This document shows, piece by piece, positions 26,608-40,790 of a DNA stretch of 64,000 bases; the stretch's first letter is position 1, and every line of letters starts with the position of its first letter. Below the pieces are notes generated by a model. The model ran no database searches. It was given only the letters and a program-made list of their open reading frames with translations, and had not been told where the DNA came from. Position numbers and translations under genes: made by a program. The stretch covers positions 133,796,001 to 133,860,000 of the forward strand of contig OX597819.1 in the NCBI GenBank assembly GCA_951406725.2, written 5' to 3'. The DNA is from Octopus vulgaris. Its lineage: Eukaryota.

Positions 26608-29600
26608 TCAACTACATTGAAGAATTTTATATAGAGGGCACTTTATTATCAGTATATTTCTCTTTTCAAATAACATCAGTGGTTTAAATTATTTTCAGAT
26701 CCCCCACGGCAGATAAAATGCTGGCACAAGACATGAAAAGACATGCAGTTGTTGTTGCCAAGAACTATTTAGGAATTTCCAACTTTCTAAATGCTGTAAT
26801 ATATATTGTACACAGGTTGCACAACGTCGGACGCCATTAGTAAGAATGTTGTTTCATTAAATATGTGTTCAACTATCTTTTGTACTCGGCCTAAACATCT
26901 ACCATGAGGACACGATGATTCCAAATCAGTTCATGTCTTGTAGTCAGTGAATGAATCAATAGGATTACATTATCAATGGAAGAATGTTTTGCAATTTTAT
27001 TTGAGCTTTGCTACTTTAGCTAATACCCTGCGTGGAAATGTTTCCCCCACGGCACTAATATTCACCTAAGCAATATTATACAATTTCAAAAATACAGCAA
27101 ACACTATGATATAAAATAAAATATCTTCAGTAAAATTATATTCTTGTCATTAGATAAGGAGGGCAGAGAATAACAAGTTTGGCTTCGATGGCTTAAAAAG
27201 AGACTTTTCTGAAAATATAAATAAAGTGTGCTTCCCCTGCTGACATCTCTCCAAGTTGCTTACTACAACAAGTCTGTTCATTCTCCTTGTCTAGATGAGG
27301 GATACCATAAGTCCAGAATGGTATCTTCAGCCTTCAAAAGTATCTAAAAAATAACTACCTTCGAGATGAAGTGATTAAGGCTGCAGTGAAATTATTTCTG
27401 TAGGGTGCCACTGTATTTTAAAGGCATTTCATTCATGTTTAAATTCAAGTAACATTTAATTACATCTAAATATAACCAATTCATCTCGGAAACTATTAAA
27501 GAAACAATTATTTTACCACAAGGAGAATGACGGCATTCATACAGGAATTCTTTATATTAAACAGCCTTATTTGCCTTATTTTAGAATTCAGTTGTTTTTT
27601 GCACAGAGATGTGCTTTAGCATGTCACGCTTCATTTAACCCAGTTCTTTTTTTTTTTTTCTTAACTTGTTAAATTCATCTTCCGGCCTCTTTCTTCGCTG
27701 TTTCGCAATAAATATAAAATGGAGCTCAGCCAACGTAACAGCCTCTAAGCAATTGTTATATAAGTACAGTTAACAGCTAAATAATTCACAAACTACAATT
27801 CCATAAGAACTTAAAAAGGAATCGCCAATCCTGAATACAATAGGCTACAAGATATAATGTTAAAGAACAAAGCTAGAATACGGTCGAACACTGAACATTT
27901 GATAAATTAATATGCAGATCCATACCCAGTATGTGGGTAAATAAAGTGATGATAAAACAGAGACAATGTTAAAGTGATGGCTTAATTGCCTCAGAAGAAT
28001 GTACGACCACTTTGGGTTAAGTAGAATAAGAACATGTGACTTTCTTGTCATCCCAGGATCAGCAGCCTAAGTGGTAGGGAGATTTGTTCAATGAACAAAT
28101 GACTAATAGTCGCTGCCTTGAATAGTGTGTTGACTGATGATAATAGTTCTTATATATTCAACGAATAAGGTTTCTCTATGTTTTTATACATTGTGTTAAA
28201 GATCCACTCAAGTGAAATATCCTAAGCTAATGTCTTCAGTAACTTCTACGATGATATTATATGAGGAATTTATTCGTTTCTTGTTAACTTTCATTCCAAC
28301 GTTTCAAATATTTTCTTTCTATCAACAATGGTGACCAGAAATTGTCTTTCTGAAAATAATGATTGGACATTCAAGCATCTTTATCTACATATTCTAAAAT
28401 TGTTATTTTCTCATTCTAGAAGAAAGTCTTTTATTCAGAAGGAGATCATTCAGTCATGTTCCCAGTTATTAGAATAGTTTTGAAATACTAAAGAAACGAA
28501 TGCGTTCTTTTTATGAAAATTTAGAGACATTAGTCATTAAAGTAATTTTCCAGCACCAACAATAATTAGAAAACAAATACAAAACATAATATACAGTTCT
28601 TGTTATCGACAAAGTGTTTTGCTCTTAAAATTAAGAATGAATGGGAAAAAAAAAACGTTATATTGTATTTTTTTCGAAATAAATATTTCTTTACAATTGA
28701 ATAATTCAGGTGTAAAAATTTCGAAGTTTTTAGTATTAGATAAATTAAGAAATAAATAAATAAAACAAATATCAATATTCTCTTCTTACATTTTCTGGGG
28801 TTTTTTTAACTGAAAGAAATTCAAATTCAGTGAAAGTATTTCGTTTTTTAGTCTTTGGAAATAAATTAGTATGTAACTAATGAATTTCTATTGTTTTATC
28901 TTTATGACTAGCGTTATTGTTTCTCGAAATGATTCTTTGACTCGGCTTATTGTATTTCCAAACGTTGAGATAAAGTAATTTTAAAGACATTTGTGTCAGT
29001 TTAGTGTTAGTTATTATTTTTTAAATTTTGGTATCTGGCAGCAACAATAAACTTCTTACTGAGTTGTTGTGTTTTTCTATTTCAGTAATTCTATAATCAG
29101 AATCTAAAATTTCGGTCTCTTTCAATTTTCTTGAGGTCTCTGAAAAAAGAGAAAGGTTAATGAACATATATCTACTGAGAATAAACAAAATCTAGTAGAC
29201 AAGTTCATAAGGTTAGCACTAGTCTCTACATTTTGAATTTCAGAAGACAACTATATATAGAATTATTTAATGATTTGCTGTATTGATGTTTAATCGATAT
29301 TCATTTATCTGTAAGACAACACTTATCATTAGTGAAACTAATTGCCTAAATAAAAACACCACCAGTGATGGAATGCGTTTTAGATGTGAACAATGGGAAT
29401 TCTCAGGGAAGATGGCGGTTAGGGAAGAAATAAAAATGGTGGGGTATTCGTGGACAGGGAACGACTGTCGGTATAGTTCTCGGGGGAACGTCTGAATAAT
29501 TCCTTCTTTAGCTATCGGTAGTTCTAGGTTGCTGTGCATCTTGTAATCACACGGAAACTTAGGTGTGAAAACGAAACAGTTCGAGTTCTTTTTCAACATT

Positions 29601-30859
29601 TTGTTGTCAGAAAGCCCGCACGTTGGCGGAGATTCTCTCCAGCGAAGACAGACACACATACACACACACACGTGCGCGCACACGCACGCATTCTCGTACG
29701 CAAGTACGCTCTATAAATACATATATACATCTACATATATATTATGTGGTCGCTGGATATAACTTCAACTTATGCCTACTAGTAATTCTTCCCCTCCTGG
29801 ATAACTCCTTTATCTACAGGATTAGAAAACGCTTTACTGCAATCAGCAACAGGGATTAACCGAAATTTCAAGAAGATACATCGGGGTTGCAACTGTTATT
29901 CTTGTAAAGTAGATGCATATTAAGGTGTTGACTAAAACGTTAGACATTTTATGTTCAACTGTTGCATACCCTTTTGTATATTGTACCTTTCTTTCTATTA
30001 TATAAATTTGTGTCTATGTCATCATCATCATCATCATCATCATTAGCATCATTAATATCATCCTCGTCATCATTATCGTCGTCATTATCACCACAGTTTT
30101 CCCCTTTGCTTTTCCTGTTGGTATGTATTGGATGGGCCGTTGCTGCTCTTCCAGATGAATTGGAGGACAACATCTTGTGTAATTTTTTCCCTCGTTTCTA
30201 CCGCTGGATGCCCTTCCTAATACTGGATGTATTGTAGCACATACAATAGCGACGTAGTGAAGTCTTCGACAAGATTAATGATTCCTAACAATACAATACT
30301 TCATAGAACGAACTGGGTGCCATTTATTATAGCATCAGCACTAGGACGGAGACAAGGAGGGAGCGGGAGAGAATCATGGACAAGGAGAACATATAGGAAT
30401 AACAGTGACTTGGTCATTGTGTATGAAGTATGGAGTAGAAGTGAATCTGATGAAGTCCTTAAGCAGTTTCCCTGAGATGGAAGAGTGAGGGTGATAGAGA
30501 TAAGAGACGGTTCGGGTGAAGTGTTGATAAGGGGTTTAAATAGGAGTAATGGCAACGTTAGACACACAGGAAATAAGGTATTCTAAAGAGGAGTGGTCTA
30601 TTAATCACAAGTTTGCACTAAAGGACCTTGAATTATTTGGATGAAGGATCTGTTAATTTAGCATACAACGTCATGCTTCAACATGTTTAGACGAACCACT
30701 GAGTGAGAGTGACATAAACGTTTCTCCTACAACTTGTTATATGAACAGTGAAATTGTCCTAACGGAAAAGCAGCTGAGATTGACTTCATAATTGGTTATT
30801 GGTACAGAAAGTTTTCGTTCTGCAACCTTTGTCAGCCTGCTCAATAGAACAACGGCGAT

Positions 30860-32450
30860 GAGCTCGATGTACCAGACTGGCTGATAGTTGTAAATACAAT
30901 ACTACGAATTGCTTGAAAGCATTCCTTCTGCGAAATAGACAAACTGGTTAGTGATTAGCAAGCTGGAGGAAAGGAAAAAAAGAACTCTAGCACTGAGTTA
31001 AACAGTTCCTGATAAAAAAAAACTGTCCTCAAGGAGGGAAACAGCACCGTCCAAACCTGCTAACAATATGGCTAGACTATAAGAAGGCGTTTCCTCACTA
31101 TTATCTTCAGTTATGGATAATATAATCACGACACCTTGCTAAGGTTTCAACTGCTATAGTTGATGCAATTAAGAAACTGGCAATGACCTGGTCCACAGAA
31201 CTATCACTGAGAAAAGAATCTACTGCTAAAGTCTCTAATACATTTAGGTTATGAACAGAAATATTTCAAAGTGATAGCTTTATTGTAAAATTTTCTGTAC
31301 TAGGTCTGAATCCCTGTTAAAGAAATATAAAGACGGCATGAAAGAACGGCAGATAAACGTGGAATTTATTTCACCAATACTTTTTTCGTTGATGACTTGG
31401 AACTGCACTCGACGAATAATATCTACAACACCAAGAGACAGAACTAGTCACGACATCCCCATGGGACATGGGAATGAAATTTGGAGAGAGTTAATGATCA
31501 TATTCGGTAGTCAGACGAGGAATATTTTGTCGACTAGGCAAGGAGTGTCACCTTTCTATCTCTGCAATCACCAAAGATGAAATTTATAAATACCTTGGAA
31601 TTTCACTTAGTCGGTATTGGGAGAAATACGAGAGTGACAAAGAAATACTTCGGCAAACTTTGGAAGGAATTGAAGAAGAGAGAGCTGTTTGCATCCAGTA
31701 AAGCCGTATTTCATAATGTATTCTCAGCGCTAGTTCTAGTAGCAGTATTTGAGAAATTAGACTAAAGACTTGACGAAATCGGCGACATGGACAGTAGAAG
31801 TAGACAGATATTAACAGTGATTGGTAACTTTTTCATGAAGATTGATGCTGACAAGATCTATGTTAAGCGTAGAGTTGTAGGTACAAGCATAAGATTAACT
31901 CAGACGACCTTTGAATGCCTCATGTTCCTTAAACAACATCTATTGATGAATCCAGCGAAAAATGAGTACATCAAGTGTTTACGCAACAGAGAAAGAAATA
32001 ATGTAATGAAGTTGAGCGAAAATTTCTTGAAAAACTGCTCTACGTACAAAGCTGCTTTATATGAAGCAACGGCGGCTGGACTGACTTGCGTAAACAGATA
32101 CTTGACAAAGAAATAAATACTCTTTATATCAGCAGAAAATTATGCAAGGGTATAAATACCGCATACAAGGGAATACCAGTAGTCTTGATTAGGAGTTGTA
32201 GTTTGTCTTAAACCTGAGATAAATACATCAGATCTCACCTACAGGGTTAGGTCATTTGCTATCAGTGTAGGGATAAGACTAAATGCCAACAAAAGCCGTA
32301 CAGATTCCTGTAGAAATCCATCCACATTCTGCCTGAAAATGTTGACTGCACAGTTGTCAAAGATATCGTTCATATCAACAGCGGATATCTAAAAAATTTG
32401 CACAGGATGCTAACTTCTCATGAGTTAAAAACCTTGTCATTGAAATAATC
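30860..32450 (+). mobile_element. Second, more decayed R4/Dong-type LINE relic that retains the RT core
   Basis: VPDWL; QAGGK; LTIWLDYKKAF; LFFVDDLEL; YKYLGI; KAVFHNVFSALVL; MDSRSRQILTVIGNFFMKIDADKIYVKRR (parallels 21860-21940). Confidence 0.8.
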
Positions 32451-34388
32451 TGCAATGTCTTGAGCGAAAGAGTCAAATCATTTGTTTGTTACTTTCCGGT
32501 TTAAATACTGCAAAGAACATAAATCTCATAGATATTTCAATACGCACGCGCGCGTGTGTGTGTGCGTGTGCGTATAGATGTGTTCGCCTGTGTGCGTATG
32601 TGTGTGTTCGCCCGTGTGTGTACTAGTGCGAGTGTCTATGTATATATGGGTTCTATTTTGGTGAAGTTTTAGCAATTCTTCGTTATGTTTGTGTATATAA
32701 TATATCGTGTCCTAACGAAATATTTCCTTGTTGCCTAAATACAATCAGTGATCAACTTACGCTTCAGTTTTAGTTCTTCTGTGTTTCACTGATGGAAAAC
32801 TATCGACTGTTCTTTTTTCCACCCGATTAACAAACAATCGACAGACATTTTTATTCAGCAAGAGACGACAACTGTGCACAAATATTTTGTTTGGGAGAAA
32901 TTGATAATAACTAGCTTAATATAAACCATAAATGAACAATGAATAAGTTTCCTAACGTCAAAATCCAGTAACTTTCAACGCAAAGTAATTAAACCATGGC
33001 ATAAAATATTGCAAGCTTGTGTTCATTATTTTAATTAGGTATTATTTTGTAACATGATAGGAACTTTGAATAGGAGTCGCCAGGATATCTTCGTTTCCAC
33101 AAGCCAAATAAAGTCTTCATTAAATTTATACTTGATAATCAAATGCTTAAGTTCTACGGCTGAAGCCTCGTTTATTATACAGTTCTTCCTCTCGCGCTGC
33201 ACAATGCAGACGACGTTTATAGAACAGAGATGTAATGATAGGTTTTGCGCGTGTTTATTAAGTCGCGTAACATTTCTTCCATAAGCTTCAACTGAAATCA
33301 GAATCTGTAAACGATGTTATACTAAAGATAGGCATTTTATTGCACCTTTTATGGGATGAAGTAATAGAGATAACAGCTACTTTACAAATAAAGCCATGTC
33401 ACCATTAATTAAGAAATGATTTCATTATCTACTGAATTTTAAGTATGTTCCCATTGGATCGGTTACTGCCATCACAATACCTGATTGAAGATAAAAGAAT
33501 CTATTAAGTGAAAATAAATGTATTTAATTAAATTGTTATCAGCCAAAACTTTAATTAGATATTTTACTGTGATTAAAATATTGAAGTATTATCTCATCAT
33601 CAGGTCAAATGAATCTTATTTGAATTAAGTTTTCTCCAAAATTCAAAGAAATATTATTTAGATCGTTTCAAGATGTTGTTCTTTTGCCTCTGATTGAAAA
33701 TACCGCTTACATTTTGTTCCCTTTTCTCTCACCTGTATCTTGTATTCTTATTTGTTTTTGCAATACTTAAGATGGTAGTGTTTGCCAATGTGATTAACAA
33801 TGACGCACATGTGATGTGCACAGTTTGGAATGATTTTTCAGTGCTAGGAAACATTAAGTGAATCTGTGAATGGAGATTCCATATTAGTAATATTCGAGGA
33901 AGAGGATTAAGAGATTCCTGAGTCTATGTTTCTGATACAAATGCAAAGATACTTTTGAATCTAGAATAAAAACAAATATTTTTTTATTGCTAACTGTAAT
34001 ATATTTTCGAAATAATGTGCCCTTTTGTTGCCCCTTTTAATGTGGTACTTAACAGTACAATCATATCGCAAAAGTATTCCACGTCACTCTAATAACTGCG
34101 TTCTGCCTTCATCTTTAAATTCATTCATTTTTTTTTTTCTGCTTTATATTCAAATACCACGTGTGTATACAATTCTGCCTCTGCAATGGCATGAAACACA
34201 TGCACATATACAAAGTAAATAAACCATTTTGCAATGCAAGTATCTGTATATACGTATACACACACATACATATTTTATATGCATATTATGTGTACGTGAG
34301 TGTCTGTGTGTATCTGCGTACGTGTGTGTGTGTGTGCATACATATATATACATGTATATATCCATGTACATATATATATATATATATA

Positions 34389-34455
<67 letters not shown>

Positions 34456-34599
34456 ATATATTCTTGGAGGTTTCGTATATATATTCTTGGAGGTTTCAGG
34501 GCCTTTCATATGGTAAGAGATTTAGGGACATCCTAATTGAGAAATTCGACGAAAGGGAGTAAGGGATACATATTATGACATAGAGGGCAACTCGGATTG

Positions 34600-35085
34600 C
34601 AAGACTGTGAGTGAGAGAAATTCATGATGTTATAGGAGAGAAATGTGTCTGCATGGATGATAGTACACTTTCTTTAAATGATTCTGCAAAGAAAGAGGCT
34701 TGGAAATGCCATTATGAAAGTCTGCTGAATGTGGAGAATGAGTGGGAGGAGGAGAGTCTGCCATATGTTGAACCAATTGAGGAACTGGCTACACGAATCG
34801 ACAGTTCCTTTGTAGATAAAGTAATTAAGGGTATGAAGACAGGAAAAGCCCTTGGCCCATCAGGAATCACCGCTGAGATGCTTAAAATATGTGGCGGTGT
34901 GGATTATGGTCTAGTCACTTGTATTGTAAACCAGGTGATTCGCGAAGAGGTCATACCCAATGACTGGTGTAGTAGCACCATAGTTACAAAGGTAAAGATG
35001 ATACCTTTGATAGAAATAATTACGGAGGTATCAAATTGGGGATTAAGGTGATGAAGGTTACGTAGAGAGTCATAGTCCAACTAAT

Positions 35086-35126
<41 letters not shown>

Positions 35127-36012
35127 AGCCCGGATAAGATGCAGCTTGGTTTTGTGCCAGGGAGAGGCACCATTTATGCTATATTTCTGGTAAGGCAGCG
35201 GCAGGAGAAGTACCTAGCCAAAGATAAACCTCTGTACTTGGCTTTTGTTGAGTTGAAGAAAGCGTTTGATAGGGTTCCCCGATCTCTTATCTCAATACGG
35301 AAACTAGGGATAGAGTGGTTGGTGAAAGCTGCGAAGCTATGTACAAGTATGCTACCTGTAAGGTGAGGGCTGGCAATGCGTACAGTGAAGAATTCAGGGT
35401 ACAAGTAGGGGTTCACCAAGGATCGGTCCTCAGACCCTCTTGTACATCATAGTCCTCAGGCAATAACAAAGGAATCCAAGAGAAGCTTCTTCTAGGAGCT
35501 CCTCTATGCTGATGACCTTGCTCTTATAACTGAATCTCTACCTGAACTAGATTTACAATACGGATGACTAGACCAAGTTCCAGATATGGAAGCAAGGTCT
35601 AAAATCAAAGGGCCTTAGCAAAAATCAACGTCTTAGTAAGTAGGATGGCAGAGAAATTACAATCCCTTCAGGTAGATGGCCCTGCTCGATCCGTAGAAAA
35701 GGTGTAGGTAGAAAGTCCTTACGATGCACCCAGTGTAAGCTTTGTACACATAGAAGGTGCAACAATATCAGAGGAAGGTTAGCAGGGAAACTAACCTTTG
35801 CATGTGTAAGATGCACAAACATAATAAATGCTGAAAATATGTAGGAAATAGACTCCATCAACTGCCAGTGGGGTAAGCTAGAGGTAGTAGATAGCTTCCG
35901 TTATCTAGGCGACCAAGTTAGTAGTGGAGGTGGATGCTTCGAGAGCGTAGCTGTGAGAATAAGAATAGACTGGGTAAAGTTCAAAGAGCTCCTAATCCTG
36001 CTAGCAATAAAG

Positions 36013-36066
<54 letters not shown>

Positions 36067-36105
36067 AGGGAAAGGCAGATCGTTTCATGCCTGTTTACGA
36101 ACGTT
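34600..36105 (+). mobile_element. RTE-clade LINE relic (RT with an embedded PHD-like finger)
   Basis: KALGPSGITAEMLK, IPNDW, QLGFVPGRGTIYAIFLVRQ, LAFVELKKAFDRVPR, GVHQGSVL, LLYADDLAL, LEVVDSFRYLGD. Confidence 0.92.
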
Positions 36106-38553
36106 AAATGATGATGATGGTGATGTTGATGACGACGACGACGACGATGATGATGATGATGATAATATATTTATATATATTTATATAAACGAGTATGTGT
36201 GCCCGTGTATATGTAGTATAATGTTTTGTACACAAACAATAATAATTTATGTTATTTTCAAATTTGTTTCATTCCGTTTTTCGTTATTTTACATAATCTG
36301 CTGTTGTAAGGATGCAAAAAGCAAACAGACATTTTCATCTATCTCAAAATCTAATTTTCTTCGAGCAAATAACATAAGAATATTTTTCAACTAGAACAAT
36401 TTGAAACAATTAGTTTAATTATTAAAAAAAACTATTAATTACAATTTTACTACTTGTTTTATGTGCCTTTTATTAAAAAATCGTATATATTTCTGCGCGC
36501 ACGCGCCTGTGTTTAATATTTTAAATGTTCTGAAAAATATATGATCTGACTGTGTCCTTTGCCTTTGTAAGTTCAGAAAATAAGGTTGCGCTAAATTTTT
36601 CGTTAAACCTTAACTGTCCTATTATAGAAATGGGACATCTACGTAATATGAAGCAACAAGTAAAAAGAAGGGCGACGTAATCAAAGCAAGGCAGGCCAGA
36701 AATTCGAAACCCGTGGCTTCACATCAGCGAAGAAAAAGAAGCTGATTGAAGTAGTCATAAGGCAGAGAAGACACAAGCTCCATCTGCAACAGCTGACATA
36801 AATATGTCTTGGAGGCGAAAGTAGTTTCTTGGCTTAGTGTTGGAACGAAGCTCCAAATCCCATGGATATTTCATGTGCCACCAATGCGGAAAACAATGGT
36901 CGTGTTCACCACATGCTGATGAATGACAGGTTACTGAGTGTAAATCAACTAATAATTTTTATTAGCATGTACACTCTAAGCAACGGTTTAGTCGTATTTT
37001 AGCACAAAAGCAGCTGCTAAGCTGTCGTTTAAACCGAATCTGAGCTCTTTAGTTACATCTGGTATTCTTTAATATTTTACTGTTTTACGTCTTTCGATTT
37101 TCTTAGAAATCTTTAATAGTCAAGAAAAATATTGAAGTTATTTCATTATCGTTTCCATTTTCTTATCATGTTTCAATAGTTTTATTTATTTTTCATAAAG
37201 TTATTCAAAGACAAATCAAGCAATACCGTCTGATAATAGACAAAACATTGAGAGAATCTATTTATGACATAAACTAAGGAAAACTGGTGCCGGAGCTTTC
37301 TTTCAACAATGTTCAAATGTAAGACAAAATCTTATTTCTAGTCTATGAATTATGGAGATTCTAGCGATGTTGTTGATATGTCTGTACTTCGCATAGATTA
37401 CATTATGCAACAGGCTTTATGTTCCTATGTTGCCTTCAAAGTATTTAAAGGTTTCTGATTCCTTATTAAGTGTTATTTGTTGTTTGCAGATTCCTTATCA
37501 AGTGTTGTTCCAGCTTGTGCTGGAAAAATAGCGACAATGGCAGATATTGTCTCCAAGCTTTGCTTTTGTTCCCGGGTTAATGATATTTTGAGATCCTTTT
37601 CAGTGGTAAACAAGCGACTTTGTATATTTCCATTCAAATAACGGCAGCAGAAACAACACATCACTCATATTTACGAGTATTTCTACAAAAGTAGTCATGG
37701 TAACTAAGACGTGAGCAGTTTTTCAAGATTTATGATTGTACTGTAAATTACTTTCACGTATCAGTCGCTAAATATCGTCGCCCTTCAGTTTTTGTGTTAT
37801 TTGATTCTCGGGAAAGGCGTTCAAACTCCATTGCATTCCGGCTGTAGTACTCGCCTTCATCTTCTAGGTACGAACTTATGTTTTCCTTAAATTAGTAAAA
37901 TTATTTTCAAATATTAGTCTTTCAGGAATATCCAACAACCAGTTTTACTCTAGTTCTATACTAGGTGTCTGAAATAGTTCCATGTAGAATTCTGCCTCAT
38001 GGTTGTCCGTGAAGCCTCAAATCACGAAGACAGTTCTGTCACAAGCTGACAATTTTTCTTTCTATTGAACATCTTGAGAAATTTCATGCTCTCCATCATA
38101 TGTGGTGCGATTAAGGCATATGTCCTGGTGGTCTTTACTTAAAAACGGGAAAGACTTACTGAAGGTACATAAAGACCGACGAATCCTTACCAAGACCCAA
38201 GTTTCGGTTCAGAAGTGGGAACAAGAACATTCAGGGTTTCGCCGCTAACTCCCAAGTGATGTTGTTCTTCCCATAAAGAATCTTCTTGAAAACAAGTGGA
38301 TTTCAAAATATCATCACTGAGGTCGCAGCCATGCAACTTTGGAAGATAGTAATATCCATTCCGTTTATATTTAGGCATATGAAGCACGGAAATATCGCTT
38401 ACTGCCTCATACCCAAACAATAAACATTTCGTCAAGAAAATGTTATCTAAAATCCCATATTTATCGTAATTTTACTAAAATTGTTTACATGTTTACGGTC
38501 AAAACTTATTCACGTAAGAATATAAAACAACTCTAAATTATGTCAAATGTAAA

Positions 38554-38791
38554 ACTCAGAGTATTTGCGTTTTGTAAGCAGACAAGCGTTTTGTACTCAG
38601 AGTATTTGCGTTTTGTAAGCAGACAAGCGTTTTGTACTCAGAGTATTTGCGTTTTGTAAGCAGACAAGCGTTTTGTACTCAGAGTATTTGCGTTTTGTAA
38701 GCAGACAAGCGTTTTGTACTCAGAGTATTTGCGTTTTGTAAGCAGACAAGCGTTTTGTACTCAGAGTATTTGCGTTTTGTAAGCAGACAAG
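38554..38791. repeat. Perfect 41-bp minisatellite, ~5.8 copies
   Basis: Unit ACTCAGAGTATTTGCGTTTTGTAAGCAGACAAGCGTTTTGT, identical copies with no spacers. Confidence 0.97.
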
Positions 38792-40647
38792 AGTTGATAT
38801 AATCAAAGTTAAATAAATATTTTAACGTTGAAACGATCTGAACATACTTAATTCCAGCATCTTATCTTAAATCACATTTATCTTAATTTTTTTTATTTCC
38901 ATTTCAAAATCAGCTGCTTAAAATTGCTAAACTTTCACTGAATATCAGCTTATGCCTTCAAAAAGATATTTAACTCTGGCTGGTTGTGTGTGGTTGTCTC
39001 TACAAACGTCGGGTCTAAAGAAATTATCTGTAAGAGGTTCCAAGAATTTTTGCTTAGCAAACCTAACAATTTTTACATCGTATACAGAGTACAAAATGGG
39101 GAATTTAGATAAAATGCTAAGTAATAAGCATTAGGTCACTGCAATCTATAAGGGGTTAGTTGCCATCATAATTATTTTATTATTAAGAACTTCTGCAAAG
39201 CTCATATAATTCAGCTGATGTCTGAAGGAGTTTCATCAAATATCTTATGTAATACTAAAGCTGTTTCGAGTAAATCAGTTGTGTAATTAATAAATCATAC
39301 TGGTTAGCCAATGAGAGTAGTTCTCTATGATCGTTCGATCTGCAAGAGATGGCAGAAACATTTCTCTTACAGTGCATCTTCTTGTTTTACATACGAAAAA
39401 GTGACATTAAAAATCCAGTCCAACATATCCTTATGAAGGCGGGATCGTACGCTTTGAATTTATTTATCTAACATGGAGAAGGCATTGAAAGTTTAGGAAA
39501 TGCCCGTGGAATCACCAAATGATCGAATATAAAAACTGTAATGAGACCTATACCCAGCACCATGTGAACACGTCTTCAATAGTTTAGTCTCTGAAACATA
39601 TTCCAGACTGTTCTTTGTATGTTGTTTATTCTATTAACTAAAGTTTTGTCCATCAGTTAAACATTGAACGAAACCATCTTATTTAGTGTTTTGGATAAAT
39701 CAAAATATATTGATAGTAAATGTCTTTTTATATATTTTTATCAAGTATTATTTGAACATTTGCACATATAAACTTGAACTCTTATTTCAAAAGTTGCATT
39801 AAAACGAGAACAAGGTTACAAGCAGCAATATTTAAGTGTAATTAAAAATAATGAGCAAAACTAGTTGAAGATAATGAGTCCATGATTCATTACCAAAAAT
39901 GATAAACTTTGAAAAGTTTTGAAAGAACCTAGACGAAAGGAAATCGTTTCTTTCCCAATAAAATAATCAGTGAAAATGTGACGTTTTCGGTGCTCTACAG
40001 ATCTTGCTGATCTTTTAGAGACAGAGGAATACGTTAATGTTAGAAATTGAGCTAAAATTTACTTGTGGCTTGTGGCTTTATTCCATAACTGAAATTCAGG
40101 AATTTGGCTGATGACGTAATAACATAAAAGTTTTCTTTCGCCGAATTCTCTTAGAATTTTAGTGGTGTAATATCGATTTTTTTTTATTCCATATACCTTG
40201 GCAGAAACTTTTCACTTTTACAAAAACCAAGGTAAAAATTACAATTTAAGGCATCATAAGTTTTCCAAAACATGAATACCTCCATTGGTTTCGGAGGATG
40301 AAATCTTTGAAAAGTATGATTTTGTTATAGGGTTGAGATTTGTTGTACCTTGACAATTGATGTCTAATATTTTTATCTTTATTTCATAAAATGCACAACC
40401 ATTACTGCAGTATAAAGCAGATGACAGAATCTATCTATAGAATTCTACCATAGTTCGTATATAGTAACACAGCTTAATATCATGTACAACATAACTTATT
40501 TGCATAAAGCTCCATTTGAACCCGTGGTCCTAGTGAAGGAAGTACAGTGGTTACGTCATTGAGTTAATGATTCTAAAACAATTTCAATAATGTGTATGTG
40601 TGTGTGTGTGTGTTTGTGTGTGAGAGAGAGAGTGTGTGTGTATTGAG

Positions 40648-40790
40648 GGGTGCATGGGCTAGTTGTCAGTGGTGTTGAGATTGCGAACATATGTATTCGG
40701 TCAGGGACCAGATCGAACGTTTTACCCTTGAGCAAAAGCACTTTCTTTAACTATTCTCTACTGTGCTCTGCTAAAATGAATACTACCGCG
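40648..40790 (+). mobile_element. Old degenerate tRNA-derived SINE fragment
   Basis: Decayed A-box region followed by CCCTTGAGCAAAAGCACTT...CTCTGCTAAAATGAATAC, similar to the SINE central domain at ~5170. Confidence 0.45.

Noticed and set aside
37400-38450. Possible old DNA transposase relic on the minus strand (RPPG...LKMF-like words)
   Set aside because: Too degenerate to support by eye.
38554-38791. CRISPR-like array
   Set aside because: Units are identical end to end with no unique spacers, there are no cas genes, and the context is eukaryotic.
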